NCBI GenBank assembly: GCA_963761755.1 | Contig: CAVXIC010000031.1 | Location: 154,776-218,775 of the forward strand | Direction of reading: 5' to 3' | Length of the DNA: 64,000 nucleotides | Origin: an uncultured bacterium | GTDB lineage: Bacteria; Myxococcota_A; Polyangia; Nannocystales; Nannocystaceae | Shown here: positions 1-9,155 of the stretch, piece by piece | Layout: each line of letters begins with the position of its first letter | Position numbering within the stretch: the first letter of the stretch is position 1 | The notes under the pieces: generated by a model | Told to the model about the DNA's origin: nothing | The model's database searches: none | Seen by the model: the letters and a program-made list of their open reading frames with translations, nothing else | Made by a program: the position numbers and the translations under genes

Positions 1-296
1 CGATGGCGCACCGGATCCCCGAGGTGTTCCCCAACCCCAACCGCTTCGATCCCGAGCGGTGGAGTCCCGAGCGCGACGCCGACAAGAAGGACCCGATGTC
101 GTGGATCGCGTTCGGGGGCGGCCGCCATCGCTGTCTGGGCATCGTTTTCGCCCAGCTTCAGCTTCGCGCGGTGTGGAGCCACCTGCTGCGCCACTTCGAC
201 TTCGAGCTGGTGGAGTCCAAGTACGAGCCGGACTACTCCCGATTGTTGGTCGGCCCGCGCCTGCCCTGCCGCGTCCGGTACAAGCGGCGCAAGTAG
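1..296 (+). CDS. cytochrome P450, C-terminal fragment (5' end lies outside the window)
   Basis: The ORF runs in from the window edge and carries the haem-binding loop FGGGRHRCLG (FxxGxRxCxG) plus a P450 C-terminal helix. The stop is at 294-296. Confidence 0.85.
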   Translation, partial: MAHRIPEVFPNPNRFDPERWSPERDADKKDPMSWIAFGGGRHRCLGIVFAQLQLRAVWSHLLRHFDFELVESKYEPDYSRLLVGPRLPCRVRYKRRK

Positions 297-434
297 GCCG
301 CCGCGGCACCGCGGTCGCCGGCGGTCGTTCGACGCCCGGAGCCCGCCGAAGCCGCCGACACGAAGAAGCCCGGGCGCTTGCGCGACCGGGCTTCTTTGCG
401 TCGAGAAGAGGGCCTGGGCAGCCCTCAGCCAGGC

Positions 435-3400
435 TCAGCCGCCGGTGCTGCCGCCTTCTGCACCACCGCCACCGGAGGACGAGCCCCCTGTGCTGTCGGT
501 GTCGCCCGTCTCACCGGACTGGGCTTCTTCGAGCTCGCAGATGTTGTCGGGCTTGAAGTCACCGTTGCAGGCCGCGCCGTCGTCGGGCCACAGCTTGCCG
601 AACGCGTCCACGAACTCGGCGTTGCTGGGGTCGAAGGCGAACGGGCAGGAGTCGCACACGTCGCCGATGCCGTCGTAGTCCTGGTCGACCTGGGGCAGGA
701 AGCAGATGTTCTGCCACAGGGAGTCGACCGGGTTGCGGTCCTCGGAGAAGTCCACGTCGCTCAAGGGCGACAGGAGGTTCTCCAGCGCAGAGGTGCCTGC
801 GTCCTCCAACGCCGCCTCGCAGCCCGGAGGGGCCTCGAGGATGCCGGGGGTGGCCGCGAGCGTCGCGGGAAGCGACCGACACTCGGAGTTCTCCTCTTGC
901 TCTTCGCTGCAGTTCTCGCGGAGCCGCACTGGGATCTCCAAGATGAGCTTGCCGTCAGCACCACGTGCGTTGGGCAGCTCGGGGTGCGGAGCCGTGAGCG
1001 GCAGGCAGGTCGAGAGGTCGATGGGTTCGCCCACTTCTGCGGGCAGCGAGCACGTCCCGGCGAGCAGAAGGTCGCCGACCGACAGCGTGCGTCCGTCGTC
1101 TGCTTCCTGCACCGCCATGACCGCCGCTTCGTCGGCGGCGACCAGCTGCGTGGTGCAGCAGTTGCCCAAAGCCTCGACGGGGAAGAAGCCGAAGCGACGC
1201 GCGTTCTTGCGCTCTCCGCAGCCCTTGTCCGCCCCGATCTCGCAGAGCTCGCCGACGAAGTCTCCGTCGGGGTCGTCATCCTGCGATCCGCCTTCCATCG
1301 CCTGGCTCGGGTTGCCCGCGAACGGGCAGGTGTCGCACGCGTTGCCAACGCTGTCGCCGTCCGAGTCGATGTGGTTGCAGAAGCCCGCCGGCGAGCAGGG
1401 GACGCCTACGCCGCAGTCGGCTTCGGCCGTTGCGTTCGTGCAGTCGATCGGCGGTTGGTCGGGCAGCGGCTGACGCGGGCAGCCGTCCAGCGAGTTGATC
1501 AGGCCGTCTTGATCGAAGTCATCCTGGTTTCCAAAGCCGACGTTGCCGCCGGCCCAGGCGTTGATCATCTGACCTTCGCAGACGTCTCCGATCATGGAGC
1601 CGTCGTCGTCAGCCTGGCACAGGTCGTTGTCGTCGAACGCGATCGGTGAGGCGACTTCGTACGGGTTGTCGGGGCCGTAGTCCTCGCAGTTCGCCGTGAC
1701 CACGCAGTTGTCACAGACGTCGCCGATGCCGTCGTTGTCGGCGTCGCTCTGGTCCGGAATGTTGCGGACCATCATCTCCTCGGGCACGGCAGCGGCCGTC
1801 GCGTTGGCGTTGTACTGGGCGAGCGTCTGGCGACAGCTGTCGCACTCGTTGCCGATGCCGTCGTTGTCGGAGTCGGCGGTGTTGCCGGGGTCGCCGCCCG
1901 CAGCCGGGCAGAGGTCGATCGCGTCACCGACGCCGTCGTCGTCGATGTCCTCCTGATCGGGGTTGAAGTTCAGGTCGGCGTTGTCGCAAGACAGGGGAAT
2001 GCCGTCGTTGTCGGCGTCCTCTTTGCACTTCGGGTTGTCGATCGTGAAGTCGTAGTCGTATCGATCGGCGCCACTGGCGACCAGCGGCATCCCGCAAGCG
2101 TCCCAGAACACGTCTTTGTACAGGCCCTCGTCGGCCGCGGTTTGCTCGTAGCTCGCCGCCATCGGCGCGAGCATGCGGTAGGTCTGGTTGACCTCCAGGT
2201 ATTGACCGAACTCGACCGGGTCGATCTGGACGCTGACCTGACCCAAGATCTGGAACTCGATGTCGATGGTCAGGCAGGGCGCAGCGCAGACGTTGCTCTC
2301 CCTGGCGGCGTCGAGCTCGGGCTCGGTCTCGTAGCAGGTCGCACCGCCCGCGACGGGGGCGACCTCGCAGCATGCGCCCTCAGGCGGGTCTGCGCGGTCG
2401 CAACGGAGGTCTGGAGCGGCAAGCTCGCAGACCTTGTCGGCGCCTTCGCCGGTGCAGGTCACCCGGTACAGCTGCAGCTTCGCGAGGTTCTCGGGGCTGG
2501 CGTCGTACTTGTTGGAGAAGCGCAGCGAGAAGTCGTCGCAGGCGCCAATCCGCAGGTTGTCGGTGGGGAAACCCGACTCGGGCTGCACGTGGAACTGGGG
2601 GGTCTCGAAGGTGTACTGCGACTTGCCGGCGAGGGTGTTGTCGGCTTTGTCGATGACGTAGGCCGGGTTGTCCGTGCCCGGCTCGTTGAACGTGATCGTG
2701 TACTCCTGGCCGGAGCACATCGCCCGGTCGAAGTCTTCGAAGTTCTCCGGCGTGAAGGTGTCGGAGGCGCGCCATCCGTCGTGCCGGTTGAGCGGCGCGA
2801 TGAGCAGGTCGGTGTTGTTCTCGGCGCAGTTCTCGATGTCGGCACGCGGCACGCCACCCAGGTCGGCCGGACGCCAGTCGAAGCCCTTGATCGCGGGGTC
2901 GTAGATGATGCCGCCGACCCGAGACACGAACTTGACGGCGTACTGCCCGGCACGCTCGGCCACGAGCTCGTCGCCGTCGTAGCACCCGCGGGAGACGGCC
3001 TCGAAGCAGCCGTCCTCTTCGAGGCTGTCTCGATTGGACTCCAGCGAGCCGCTGTTGGGGCAGATGCAGCGCCGCGTGGGGTCGGGCAGGTTCTGGTCGC
3101 GCTCGTAGAGCGGTTTGGGATTCAGGTTGCCCTGGTAGTAGGGGTCGCACGCGAACCCATCGTTGCCGGCTTGGCTTTCACCATAGAGCGAGCCCTGGCA
3201 GGCTTCTTCGGCGCTGAGTCGGTTGTTCTCGTTCCAGTCGGCGAAGGCGAGCTCGGAGCCGCCGGCGCGCTGGTTGCAGTTGCCACCGTCCGCGTCGCAG
3301 TCGGTGAGCCCGGCGCCGTTGCGGCCGACCGGGCCGTAGACATCGGCCTTCTCGATCTCCGCGTTGGCCACCAAGCACGCGGCGGTGCCCGCGGTGCCGA

Positions 3401-4811
3401 AGCGGCGGTCCTGGCAGTAGGCCGTGTCGGGGCCCAAGGTGGTCTCGTCGTAGCGACACGTCACCATCCACTGCGGACGACAGGAGGCCTCGATGCAGGT
3501 GCCGTCGTCGTACGCGTCCGCCAAGCAGGCGTGGCCCGTGTCAGCGTGCCGACCGATGCACTCGGTTCCGTCGAGGTCGTGCACGTCACCGCACTGCGGC
3601 GTGCTGGAGCACTTCGCGTCGGTTTTCTCGAACTTCGATGGACGCTTGTCGGGGTGCGTCTCGCGCAGCTTGTCGAACAGCGGGAGCTTGAACTCCTGGA
3701 CCGAGGTGGCGCACTGGTCGTTGTCCCCGGGCTCCTCTCGCCAGCCGCTCCACTCACCGAGCTCCGGGCAGCTCTCGTCGGTCCACCACTCGTACACCCA
3801 GGTCTGCTCTTCGTCCGAGCGGTCGACGAATGTGACGAACTCCGAGCACTCGGCGAACTTGTCGATGTTGGCGCCCGCGTCGTCGGGACCGCCACAGGTG
3901 TACGCGGCCGCAAATCCGGGGATGCCGGGGTTGGGGTTGAGCGGTACGCCGCCGGAATCGACGCCGTAGCGGCGGATCTTCGTCGACAACAGATAGTCGC
4001 AGTAGGTGCAGCAGGTGTCGGGGCCCTCGTCGGGTGAGGAGCAGCTGTTGCCGCCGGCGGTCCAGATCCCGCGCGCGGCCTTGATGGTGCCGCCCTCGAA
4101 GAGCTTCATCGGCTTGCCCGTCGCCGGGTTGAGCGCGTTGCACGGGTTCGTCGCCGGATCCTTGTAATCGGCGAACGTGAAGTCGTCGCCGTTCTCCGAG
4201 AGGTTGTCGATGCACGACAGGTTCACCAGGCGGGTGATGGTGTCGGCCGCATCGCGCTCGCCCTTCTTGTAGTCCCCGTTGTAGCGGGTGATCGGACCTT
4301 GGACCTGAAGCACGTCGGTCTTCCAGTCGTAGACCTCGAACAGCTGCGGGTTGTCCGGTCGCTTGCGCACCAGCTCGATCGAGGTTGGATCGAGAAGGTT
4401 GTTGAAGATGAACTCGATGCCGGACGAGGTGACCAGCGGAGAGAGCTTGCAGTACTCCTCGGCGTTGGCCGAGCCCTGAGCCTCTTCCGTCTCCGTGCAC
4501 GGGATGATCTTCTCGATGAAGTACGTGCCCTCGGAGATCGGTGCTGGGCAGTTGTCGCCCACACAGGTCGGGTTGAGGATGTGGATCTTGTCGGACTGGT
4601 AGTTGACCCCCGAGATCGACTCGAGGATCAGGTTGTCCGGATCGCAGATGCCACAGTCCGTGTCCTGGATGCAGCCGCTGGAACCCAGCGTGAGCATCGA
4701 GAGGCCGGCGACGGCGCTCGCGCTGACGGCCAGGCGGCGCAGGCCGGAGAGTTCATTACAAAGGTGCGATAGACGTGGAAGTTTCATGAACCCTTTGCCC
4801 TTGGTGTGCAT
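435..4811 (-). CDS. giant secreted Ca-binding protein with many thrombospondin type-3-like repeats (DxDxDGxxDxxDxC), Cys-rich, Gly/Ser tail
   Basis: A 1458-aa ORF. The N-terminus looks like a signal or lipoprotein peptide (..LSMLTLGSSGC). It contains dozens of DADNDGIGD/DQDYDGIGDVCD motifs. An alternative start at 4787 (MKLPRL) is possible. Overlapping plus-strand ORFs look like antisense artefacts. Confidence 0.8.
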   Translation of the reverse strand: MHTKGKGFMKLPRLSHLCNELSGLRRLAVSASAVAGLSMLTLGSSGCIQDTDCGICDPDNLILESISGVNYQSDKIHILNPTCVGDNCPAPISEGTYFIEKIIPCTETEEAQGSANAEEYCKLSPLVTSSGIEFIFNNLLDPTSIELVRKRPDNPQLFEVYDWKTDVLQVQGPITRYNGDYKKGERDAADTITRLVNLSCIDNLSENGDDFTFADYKDPATNPCNALNPATGKPMKLFEGGTIKAARGIWTAGGNSCSSPDEGPDTCCTYCDYLLSTKIRRYGVDSGGVPLNPNPGIPGFAAAYTCGGPDDAGANIDKFAECSEFVTFVDRSDEEQTWVYEWWTDESCPELGEWSGWREEPGDNDQCATSVQEFKLPLFDKLRETHPDKRPSKFEKTDAKCSSTPQCGDVHDLDGTECIGRHADTGHACLADAYDDGTCIEASCRPQWMVTCRYDETTLGPDTAYCQDRRFGTAGTAACLVANAEIEKADVYGPVGRNGAGLTDCDADGGNCNQRAGGSELAFADWNENNRLSAEEACQGSLYGESQAGNDGFACDPYYQGNLNPKPLYERDQNLPDPTRRCICPNSGSLESNRDSLEEDGCFEAVSRGCYDGDELVAERAGQYAVKFVSRVGGIIYDPAIKGFDWRPADLGGVPRADIENCAENNTDLLIAPLNRHDGWRASDTFTPENFEDFDRAMCSGQEYTITFNEPGTDNPAYVIDKADNTLAGKSQYTFETPQFHVQPESGFPTDNLRIGACDDFSLRFSNKYDASPENLAKLQLYRVTCTGEGADKVCELAAPDLRCDRADPPEGACCEVAPVAGGATCYETEPELDAARESNVCAAPCLTIDIEFQILGQVSVQIDPVEFGQYLEVNQTYRMLAPMAASYEQTAADEGLYKDVFWDACGMPLVASGADRYDYDFTIDNPKCKEDADNDGIPLSCDNADLNFNPDQEDIDDDGVGDAIDLCPAAGGDPGNTADSDNDGIGNECDSCRQTLAQYNANATAAAVPEEMMVRNIPDQSDADNDGIGDVCDNCVVTANCEDYGPDNPYEVASPIAFDDNDLCQADDDGSMIGDVCEGQMINAWAGGNVGFGNQDDFDQDGLINSLDGCPRQPLPDQPPIDCTNATAEADCGVGVPCSPAGFCNHIDSDGDSVGNACDTCPFAGNPSQAMEGGSQDDDPDGDFVGELCEIGADKGCGERKNARRFGFFPVEALGNCCTTQLVAADEAAVMAVQEADDGRTLSVGDLLLAGTCSLPAEVGEPIDLSTCLPLTAPHPELPNARGADGKLILEIPVRLRENCSEEQEENSECRSLPATLAATPGILEAPPGCEAALEDAGTSALENLLSPLSDVDFSEDRNPVDSLWQNICFLPQVDQDYDGIGDVCDSCPFAFDPSNAEFVDAFGKLWPDDGAACNGDFKPDNICELEEAQSGETGDTDSTGGSSSGGGGAEGGSTGG

Positions 4812-5176
4812 GGCCCGTACCCGGGGGCGGAGGCGGGCCGAAGCCTACATAGAACGACGTGATTTCGGAAGCCTTTTGGCCGCAGCCTCGAGCATCCTTG
4901 GGATGCTTTCCCGGCGCCCGTGGCGGCGCGGGCAGGTGGCTCGGGCCGGGGTCCAAGGGACGTCGAGACCTGCGACCGTCCTGCGTCCCCGCTCGGTCGT
5001 GGGGAACCGCACGGCCTCCGCCGTCCTGCCGTCGCCCCCGCTCCAGGTGATCTCGTTCCCCACATGGCTTGTCCGAGGCCACGAATGACCCCGCGGACAG
5101 CCAACGCACCGCGCCCGCATTCCTGACACCCCTACCTTTATAGCGGCCAGGCCGCCAGCCACTTCCCTTTGAGGGG

Positions 5177-5938
5177 CTAGAACAAGCACTCGATGAGCAT
5201 GGCGGTGATGTTGTCTTCACCGCCCTCGGCGTTCGCCCGGTCGATCAGCTCGGCGACGCACGCCTCGGGGTCGTCGTGCGCGCGGATGACCTCGTGCATG
5301 TCCTCGTCGGTGAGCATGCCGCACAGGCCGTCGGAGCACAGCAGGAACCGATCTCGGTTCTTGATCTGGAACCGGGTGACGTCGACCTCGACCGTATCCC
5401 GCATGCCCAGCGCGCGGGTGATGACGTTCTTGTGGGGGAAGTCGCGGATCTCGTCCTCGGTGAGGTCGGGTCGCGCGTCCTTCCAGTCCTCGAGCAGCGA
5501 GTGGTCGCGGGTCAGCGCGACGATCTCCCCGTCCCGCATCCGGTAGCAGCGCGAGTCGCCGACGTGGCCGACGTAGCCGTCGTGGCCGTTGAGGTGGAAG
5601 ACCACCACGGTGGTGCCCATGCCGCGCTGGCTGCGGTTGCGCTGCGACGCGTAGTGAATGCGTTCGTTGGCCAGCCGAACGGAGGCGATCATCCGGTTCT
5701 CGGCGAACGAGCGCGTGGGGTCGTAGCGAAACGGCCACGTCGCGTTGGCGTTGCGGCTGTGTCGATAGAACTCACCGACGACCTCTGTGGACATCTTGCT
5801 CGCGACGTCGCCGGACGCATGGCCTCCCATGCCATCGGCAACCATGAAGAGGCGGTCCTCTTCGATGAGAGCGAAGTAGTCCTCATTGTGGGTCCGCTTG
5901 AGACCCACGTCGGTTCGCGCTGCGTAGCGAATCCGCAC
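5177..5938 (-). CDS. PP2C-family Ser/Thr protein phosphatase
   Basis: [22 protein letters not shown]...VADGMGGH...DNITAM carries the typical PP2C metal-binding motifs. Confidence 0.9.
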   Translation of the reverse strand: MRIRYAARTDVGLKRTHNEDYFALIEEDRLFMVADGMGGHASGDVASKMSTEVVGEFYRHSRNANATWPFRYDPTRSFAENRMIASVRLANERIHYASQRNRSQRGMGTTVVVFHLNGHDGYVGHVGDSRCYRMRDGEIVALTRDHSLLEDWKDARPDLTEDEIRDFPHKNVITRALGMRDTVEVDVTRFQIKNRDRFLLCSDGLCGMLTDEDMHEVIRAHDDPEACVAELIDRANAEGGEDNITAMLIECLF

Positions 5939-5979
5939 CGGACACGGATACTATCCTACATCGCCAGGGCGGACCAGCC

Positions 5980-6840
5980 TCATCGACGTTCCGCGACCAG
6001 GAGACGTTCGGCTCGCAACGGGCGGGCCAGCCACGCGTGGGTTCCGGCGTGCTGGGCCCACGCTCGTTGCCCGGTATCGCTGTCGACCGACAAGCCGCAG
6101 GCGTTCACCCGCTGGTGGGCATCGGCGGGCAGCATGGCCCCACGCAGGGGTTCTCCGAGCTTGGCAAAGCTGGCACGCACCAGCGCGTCGAGCCGCGGCG
6201 TCGACCGACCGAGCAGCTGCGGTACTGCGTAGGTCATCAGCATGCGGCTCCCCCGGGCGCTGCGGCGTGCGATCGCTCGGAGGGTGGAATCGATTGCGGG
6301 AATCGGCAGGTACGGGGTGACGCCCTCCCACAGCCACACCGTCGGCTGCTCGGCGTCGTGCCCCGCGTCGGCGAGCGCCTCGGTGAGCGAGCCGTCGTCG
6401 AAATCGAGGGGGACGTGCTGGACGCTGCGGGCCATCGGCTCCAGGGCGCTTGCGCGGGTGCGCTTGACTGCGCAGGTGTGCGGATGGTCGACCTCGAACA
6501 CGTCGAGGTCCGCGAGCTCGGGCAAGCGGTAGGCGCGGCCGTCGAAGCCGGCGCCCAGGATGACCATCGAGCTCGCCCCCTGCCGAATCGCACGCGCGAG
6601 CTCCCGGTCGATCGCCGCCGTGCGCAGGCTGACGTGGTCGACCAACCCGCCGCTGAGCAGCCGGGGCGCGACCAGGGCTCCCCGGGCCCAAGCCGGGAGC
6701 GCCCGCCAGCGCCTCAAGGTCCAGGCCACGGGCGCCGGGAGGAACGCTGCCGCGGTGGCGTCCGCTGGGATCGCCGGGATTCCGACCCCACGGGCCACGG
6801 CGACCGCGAGCGCGGTCAGGCTCACCTGCCCGGCCTTCAT
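5980..6840 (-). CDS. class I SAM-dependent methyltransferase (TIGR00027 / leucine-carboxyl-MT-like O-methyltransferase family)
   Basis: Motifs VILGAGFDGRAYRL...DVFEVDHP are present. The start was chosen at MKAGQ (6840), an internal Met of the longer ORF 5980..7263. It overlaps nth by 4 bp (ATGA). Confidence 0.7.
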   Translation of the reverse strand: MKAGQVSLTALAVAVARGVGIPAIPADATAAAFLPAPVAWTLRRWRALPAWARGALVAPRLLSGGLVDHVSLRTAAIDRELARAIRQGASSMVILGAGFDGRAYRLPELADLDVFEVDHPHTCAVKRTRASALEPMARSVQHVPLDFDDGSLTEALADAGHDAEQPTVWLWEGVTPYLPIPAIDSTLRAIARRSARGSRMLMTYAVPQLLGRSTPRLDALVRASFAKLGEPLRGAMLPADAHQRVNACGLSVDSDTGQRAWAQHAGTHAWLARPLRAERLLVAERR

Positions 6841-7487
6841 CGACGCCTCTCCTGCTGCATGCGCCTCTTGGTCGCCGCCCACCCGCAGATCGGGCACGCG
6901 CTGAGATCGTGATGGCGAGCGGGACAGTACTCGCGGCCGAAGAAGATGATCTGCAGGTGCCGACGATTCCAGGTGTCCTCGGCGAAGACCCGCTTGAGGT
7001 CGGCCTCGGTCTTCTCGACGGTGAGTCCTCCGGAGAGCTGCCAACGGGCTGCGCAGCGGTGAATGTGCGTGTCGACCGGAAAGGCGGGGACGCCAAAGGC
7101 CTGCGACATCACCACCGAGGCGGTCTTGTGCCCCACGCCCGCGAGCGCTTCGAGGGCCGCCATATCGGCCGGGACCCGCCCGTCGTGGCGTTCGACGAGC
7201 TGCGCGCTGAGCCGCTGAAGGTTCTTGGCTTTCGTCGGCGCCAGCCCGAGCTGTCGGATGCACTCGAGGATTGTCTCGACCGGCTGCGTCGCCATCCGCC
7301 GCGGCTCGTCCGCCAGCGCGAACAGGGCGGGGGTCACCTCATTCACCTTCTTGTCCGTCGTCTGCGCTGAGAGCATGACCGCGACCAACAGCGTGTAGGG
7401 GTCGCTGTGGTCCAAGGGAATCGGCGGCTCGGGGTACAGCTCGTCCAAGAGCATGCCGATCTTTTCCGCTCGTTCGGCGCGGCGCAT
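6837..7487 (-). CDS. nth: endonuclease III-like HhH-GPD DNA glycosylase
   Basis: Only the C-terminal 216 aa of ORF 6837..9137 looks real. It has LVAVMLSAQTTDKKVN, the helix-hairpin-helix LAGVGHKTASVVMSQAFGVPAFPVDTHIHR, and a C-terminal Cys cluster CPARHHDLSACPICGW. The Cys spacing is not the canonical C-x6-C-x2-C-x5-C. Confidence 0.75.
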   Translation of the reverse strand: MRRAERAEKIGMLLDELYPEPPIPLDHSDPYTLLVAVMLSAQTTDKKVNEVTPALFALADEPRRMATQPVETILECIRQLGLAPTKAKNLQRLSAQLVERHDGRVPADMAALEALAGVGHKTASVVMSQAFGVPAFPVDTHIHRCAARWQLSGGLTVEKTEADLKRVFAEDTWNRRHLQIIFFGREYCPARHHDLSACPICGWAATKRRMQQERRR

Positions 7488-7645
7488 GGCTGCGGAGCCT
7501 AGAGCACATCTGGGAGCCTGGCCACGCGGCCTCGCTGGTCCTTGGCCCCGATGACGTCGTCGCGAAACCTGTGGCGGACATGCGTGCAGTGCCGCGTCGG
7601 TGACACTTCGCCTCCGGCGGCTCCCCGCGCTACCCTGGACGCGAC

Positions 7646-7936
7646 GTGGACTGCGAACGCTGCGGCGCGAGCGTGCCGGAAGAAGGGAAATTCTGTGCGG
7701 ACTGCGGAGCGCCGCTGCCGGGGGCACCCCAGCGGCCGGCGACCCGACCTTGTCGGGCCTGCGATCAACAGGTCGAGGTCGGTGCGAGGTTCTGCGGAAA
7801 CTGCGGGGTCGAGGCGCCACACCCAAACCCGAAGCCAGTACCCGAAGCCAGACCCGAAGCCAGACCCGAACCCGGCGGTCACGGGCAACACGGTCCGCCG
7901 CCCCGCCCCGAGCGCGTCGACCGAGGCGGGCGATGA
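7646..7936 (+). CDS. N-terminal double zinc-ribbon segment (2x CxxC..CxxC) of an FHA-domain protein, probably joined to 7974..9146 by a frameshift
   Basis: MDCERCGASVPEEGKFCADCG...RPCRACDQ..FCGNCG, followed by a Pro-rich linker. The reading frame differs from the downstream FHA ORF. Confidence 0.5.
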   Translation: MDCERCGASVPEEGKFCADCGAPLPGAPQRPATRPCRACDQQVEVGARFCGNCGVEAPHPNPKPVPEARPEARPEPGGHGQHGPPPRPERVDRGGR

Positions 7937-7973
7937 CCCCGATCCCGAACAACCGACTCAGCCGCGGAAGGTG

Positions 7974-9146
7974 ATGGCGCTCATCGAGGACGAGCTCGAC
8001 GAGGACCCCAGCGGTGCTCCGTCCAGTTCGCCGCACGCGGTCGCCGAGGACGCATCCGAACCGCTCTCGCTCGAGCCCGAGGTCGATGCGGCGGTGGCTC
8101 ACGCGCTGGGCTCTGCCTCCGGACCCAAGCTCGTCGACGAGATCTCGGAGATCGAGTTCCTCCGCAAGCAGGGCTTCCTCGCCAAGGCCCAGGAGGGATG
8201 GCAAACGCTGTGGGCGCGCCATCGGGGACACGAGGCTCTCGCCGCCCTGGGGCAGGTGCTGGGAATGGACGTTGCGGGCACGGGAGGCGCCACGGTCGTC
8301 ACGCGTACGCCGAAGCCGGACCTCGCAGGTCCGATCGAGACGCCGACCAGCCCCACCTTCGTCGAGGGCTCCGCGCCGCCGCCGGGAGGGTTCGCGGCGA
8401 GCTCGGCGGTCCCGCTCGAGGTCGAGCCACGCGTGACGCCGGCGCTGGGCATCGAGTCGACGCGGCGCAACCACGCTCCGTCGTCCGAGAGCCTGCCGAC
8501 CAATCCCCGCATGGCGTTTCCCCCCGCCCAAGAGGGCACGGTCGTCGCTGCGCCGGGCGGGGTGAAGCTCGTGATGCTCGGTGCGCGTGGGCAGGCGGTC
8601 TGGGACCGGGTGCTTCCTCCGGGCGTCTCGATCGAGATTGGTCGCGACCCCGCGCAGCCGTGGGGCGACGATCCCAACCTGCGTCCGCAGCACGCTCGCC
8701 TGCACGCCCTTGCGGGCGGCGGGCTCCGGGTCGAGCCGCTCGGTGAGGGCAGCGTGTTTCGCAAGCTCGACGAGCGACTCGCGGTGCGCGATGGCGACGA
8801 GTTTCGCGTTGGGGAGTCCGTGCTGCGGTACTCGAGCGCCGAGTCCGGGTGGGGCACGCTGACGTGGAGCCCGCTGTCGCCCGGCGGGTCCCATGCGCTG
8901 ACCCACGCGCTGGTCCTCGGTGACGAGGGGGCGCTGGTCGGCCGAGAGAACGCGGAGATCGAGCTGCCGGAGGACACCTTCGTGTCCGGTGCGCACTGCC
9001 AGTTCTCGTGCCGCGAAGAGGGCGTGTTCGTCGAAGATCTCGGGAGTGCCAACGGCACCTACGCGCGGGTGCGCGATGACGAGGCCGTCCCCCGCGGCTC
9101 GGTGATCTTGCTGGGCCAGACCCAGTTCGCGGTGCATCCGGGCTGA
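7974..9146 (+). CDS. tandem FHA-domain protein (C-terminal part; acidic linker then two FHA domains)
   Basis: Two FHA-like modules (..VKLVMLGARGQAVWDRVL..IGRD.., and ..ALVGRENAEIELPEDTFVSGAHCQF..GSANGTYARV..). The internal Met at 7974 is in frame 0, and the upstream part of this frame (7542..7973) looks non-coding. Confidence 0.7.
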   Translation: MALIEDELDEDPSGAPSSSPHAVAEDASEPLSLEPEVDAAVAHALGSASGPKLVDEISEIEFLRKQGFLAKAQEGWQTLWARHRGHEALAALGQVLGMDVAGTGGATVVTRTPKPDLAGPIETPTSPTFVEGSAPPPGGFAASSAVPLEVEPRVTPALGIESTRRNHAPSSESLPTNPRMAFPPAQEGTVVAAPGGVKLVMLGARGQAVWDRVLPPGVSIEIGRDPAQPWGDDPNLRPQHARLHALAGGGLRVEPLGEGSVFRKLDERLAVRDGDEFRVGESVLRYSSAESGWGTLTWSPLSPGGSHALTHALVLGDEGALVGRENAEIELPEDTFVSGAHCQFSCREEGVFVEDLGSANGTYARVRDDEAVPRGSVILLGQTQFAVHPG

Positions 9147-9155
9147 GGTCGCGGC

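Noticed and set aside
378-4772. Numerous long plus-strand ORFs (e.g. 378..1649, 2142..4037, 706..1473) overlapping the giant TSP3 gene
   Set aside because: They are antisense to a strongly supported 1458-aa CDS. Their products are Arg/Ala/Gly-rich and low-complexity, as expected from high-GC antisense frames.
6837-9137. 766-aa minus-strand ORF
   Set aside because: Only the C-terminal 216 aa (6837..7487) resemble a real protein (endonuclease III). The upstream part is Arg-rich junk and runs antisense through the FHA gene.
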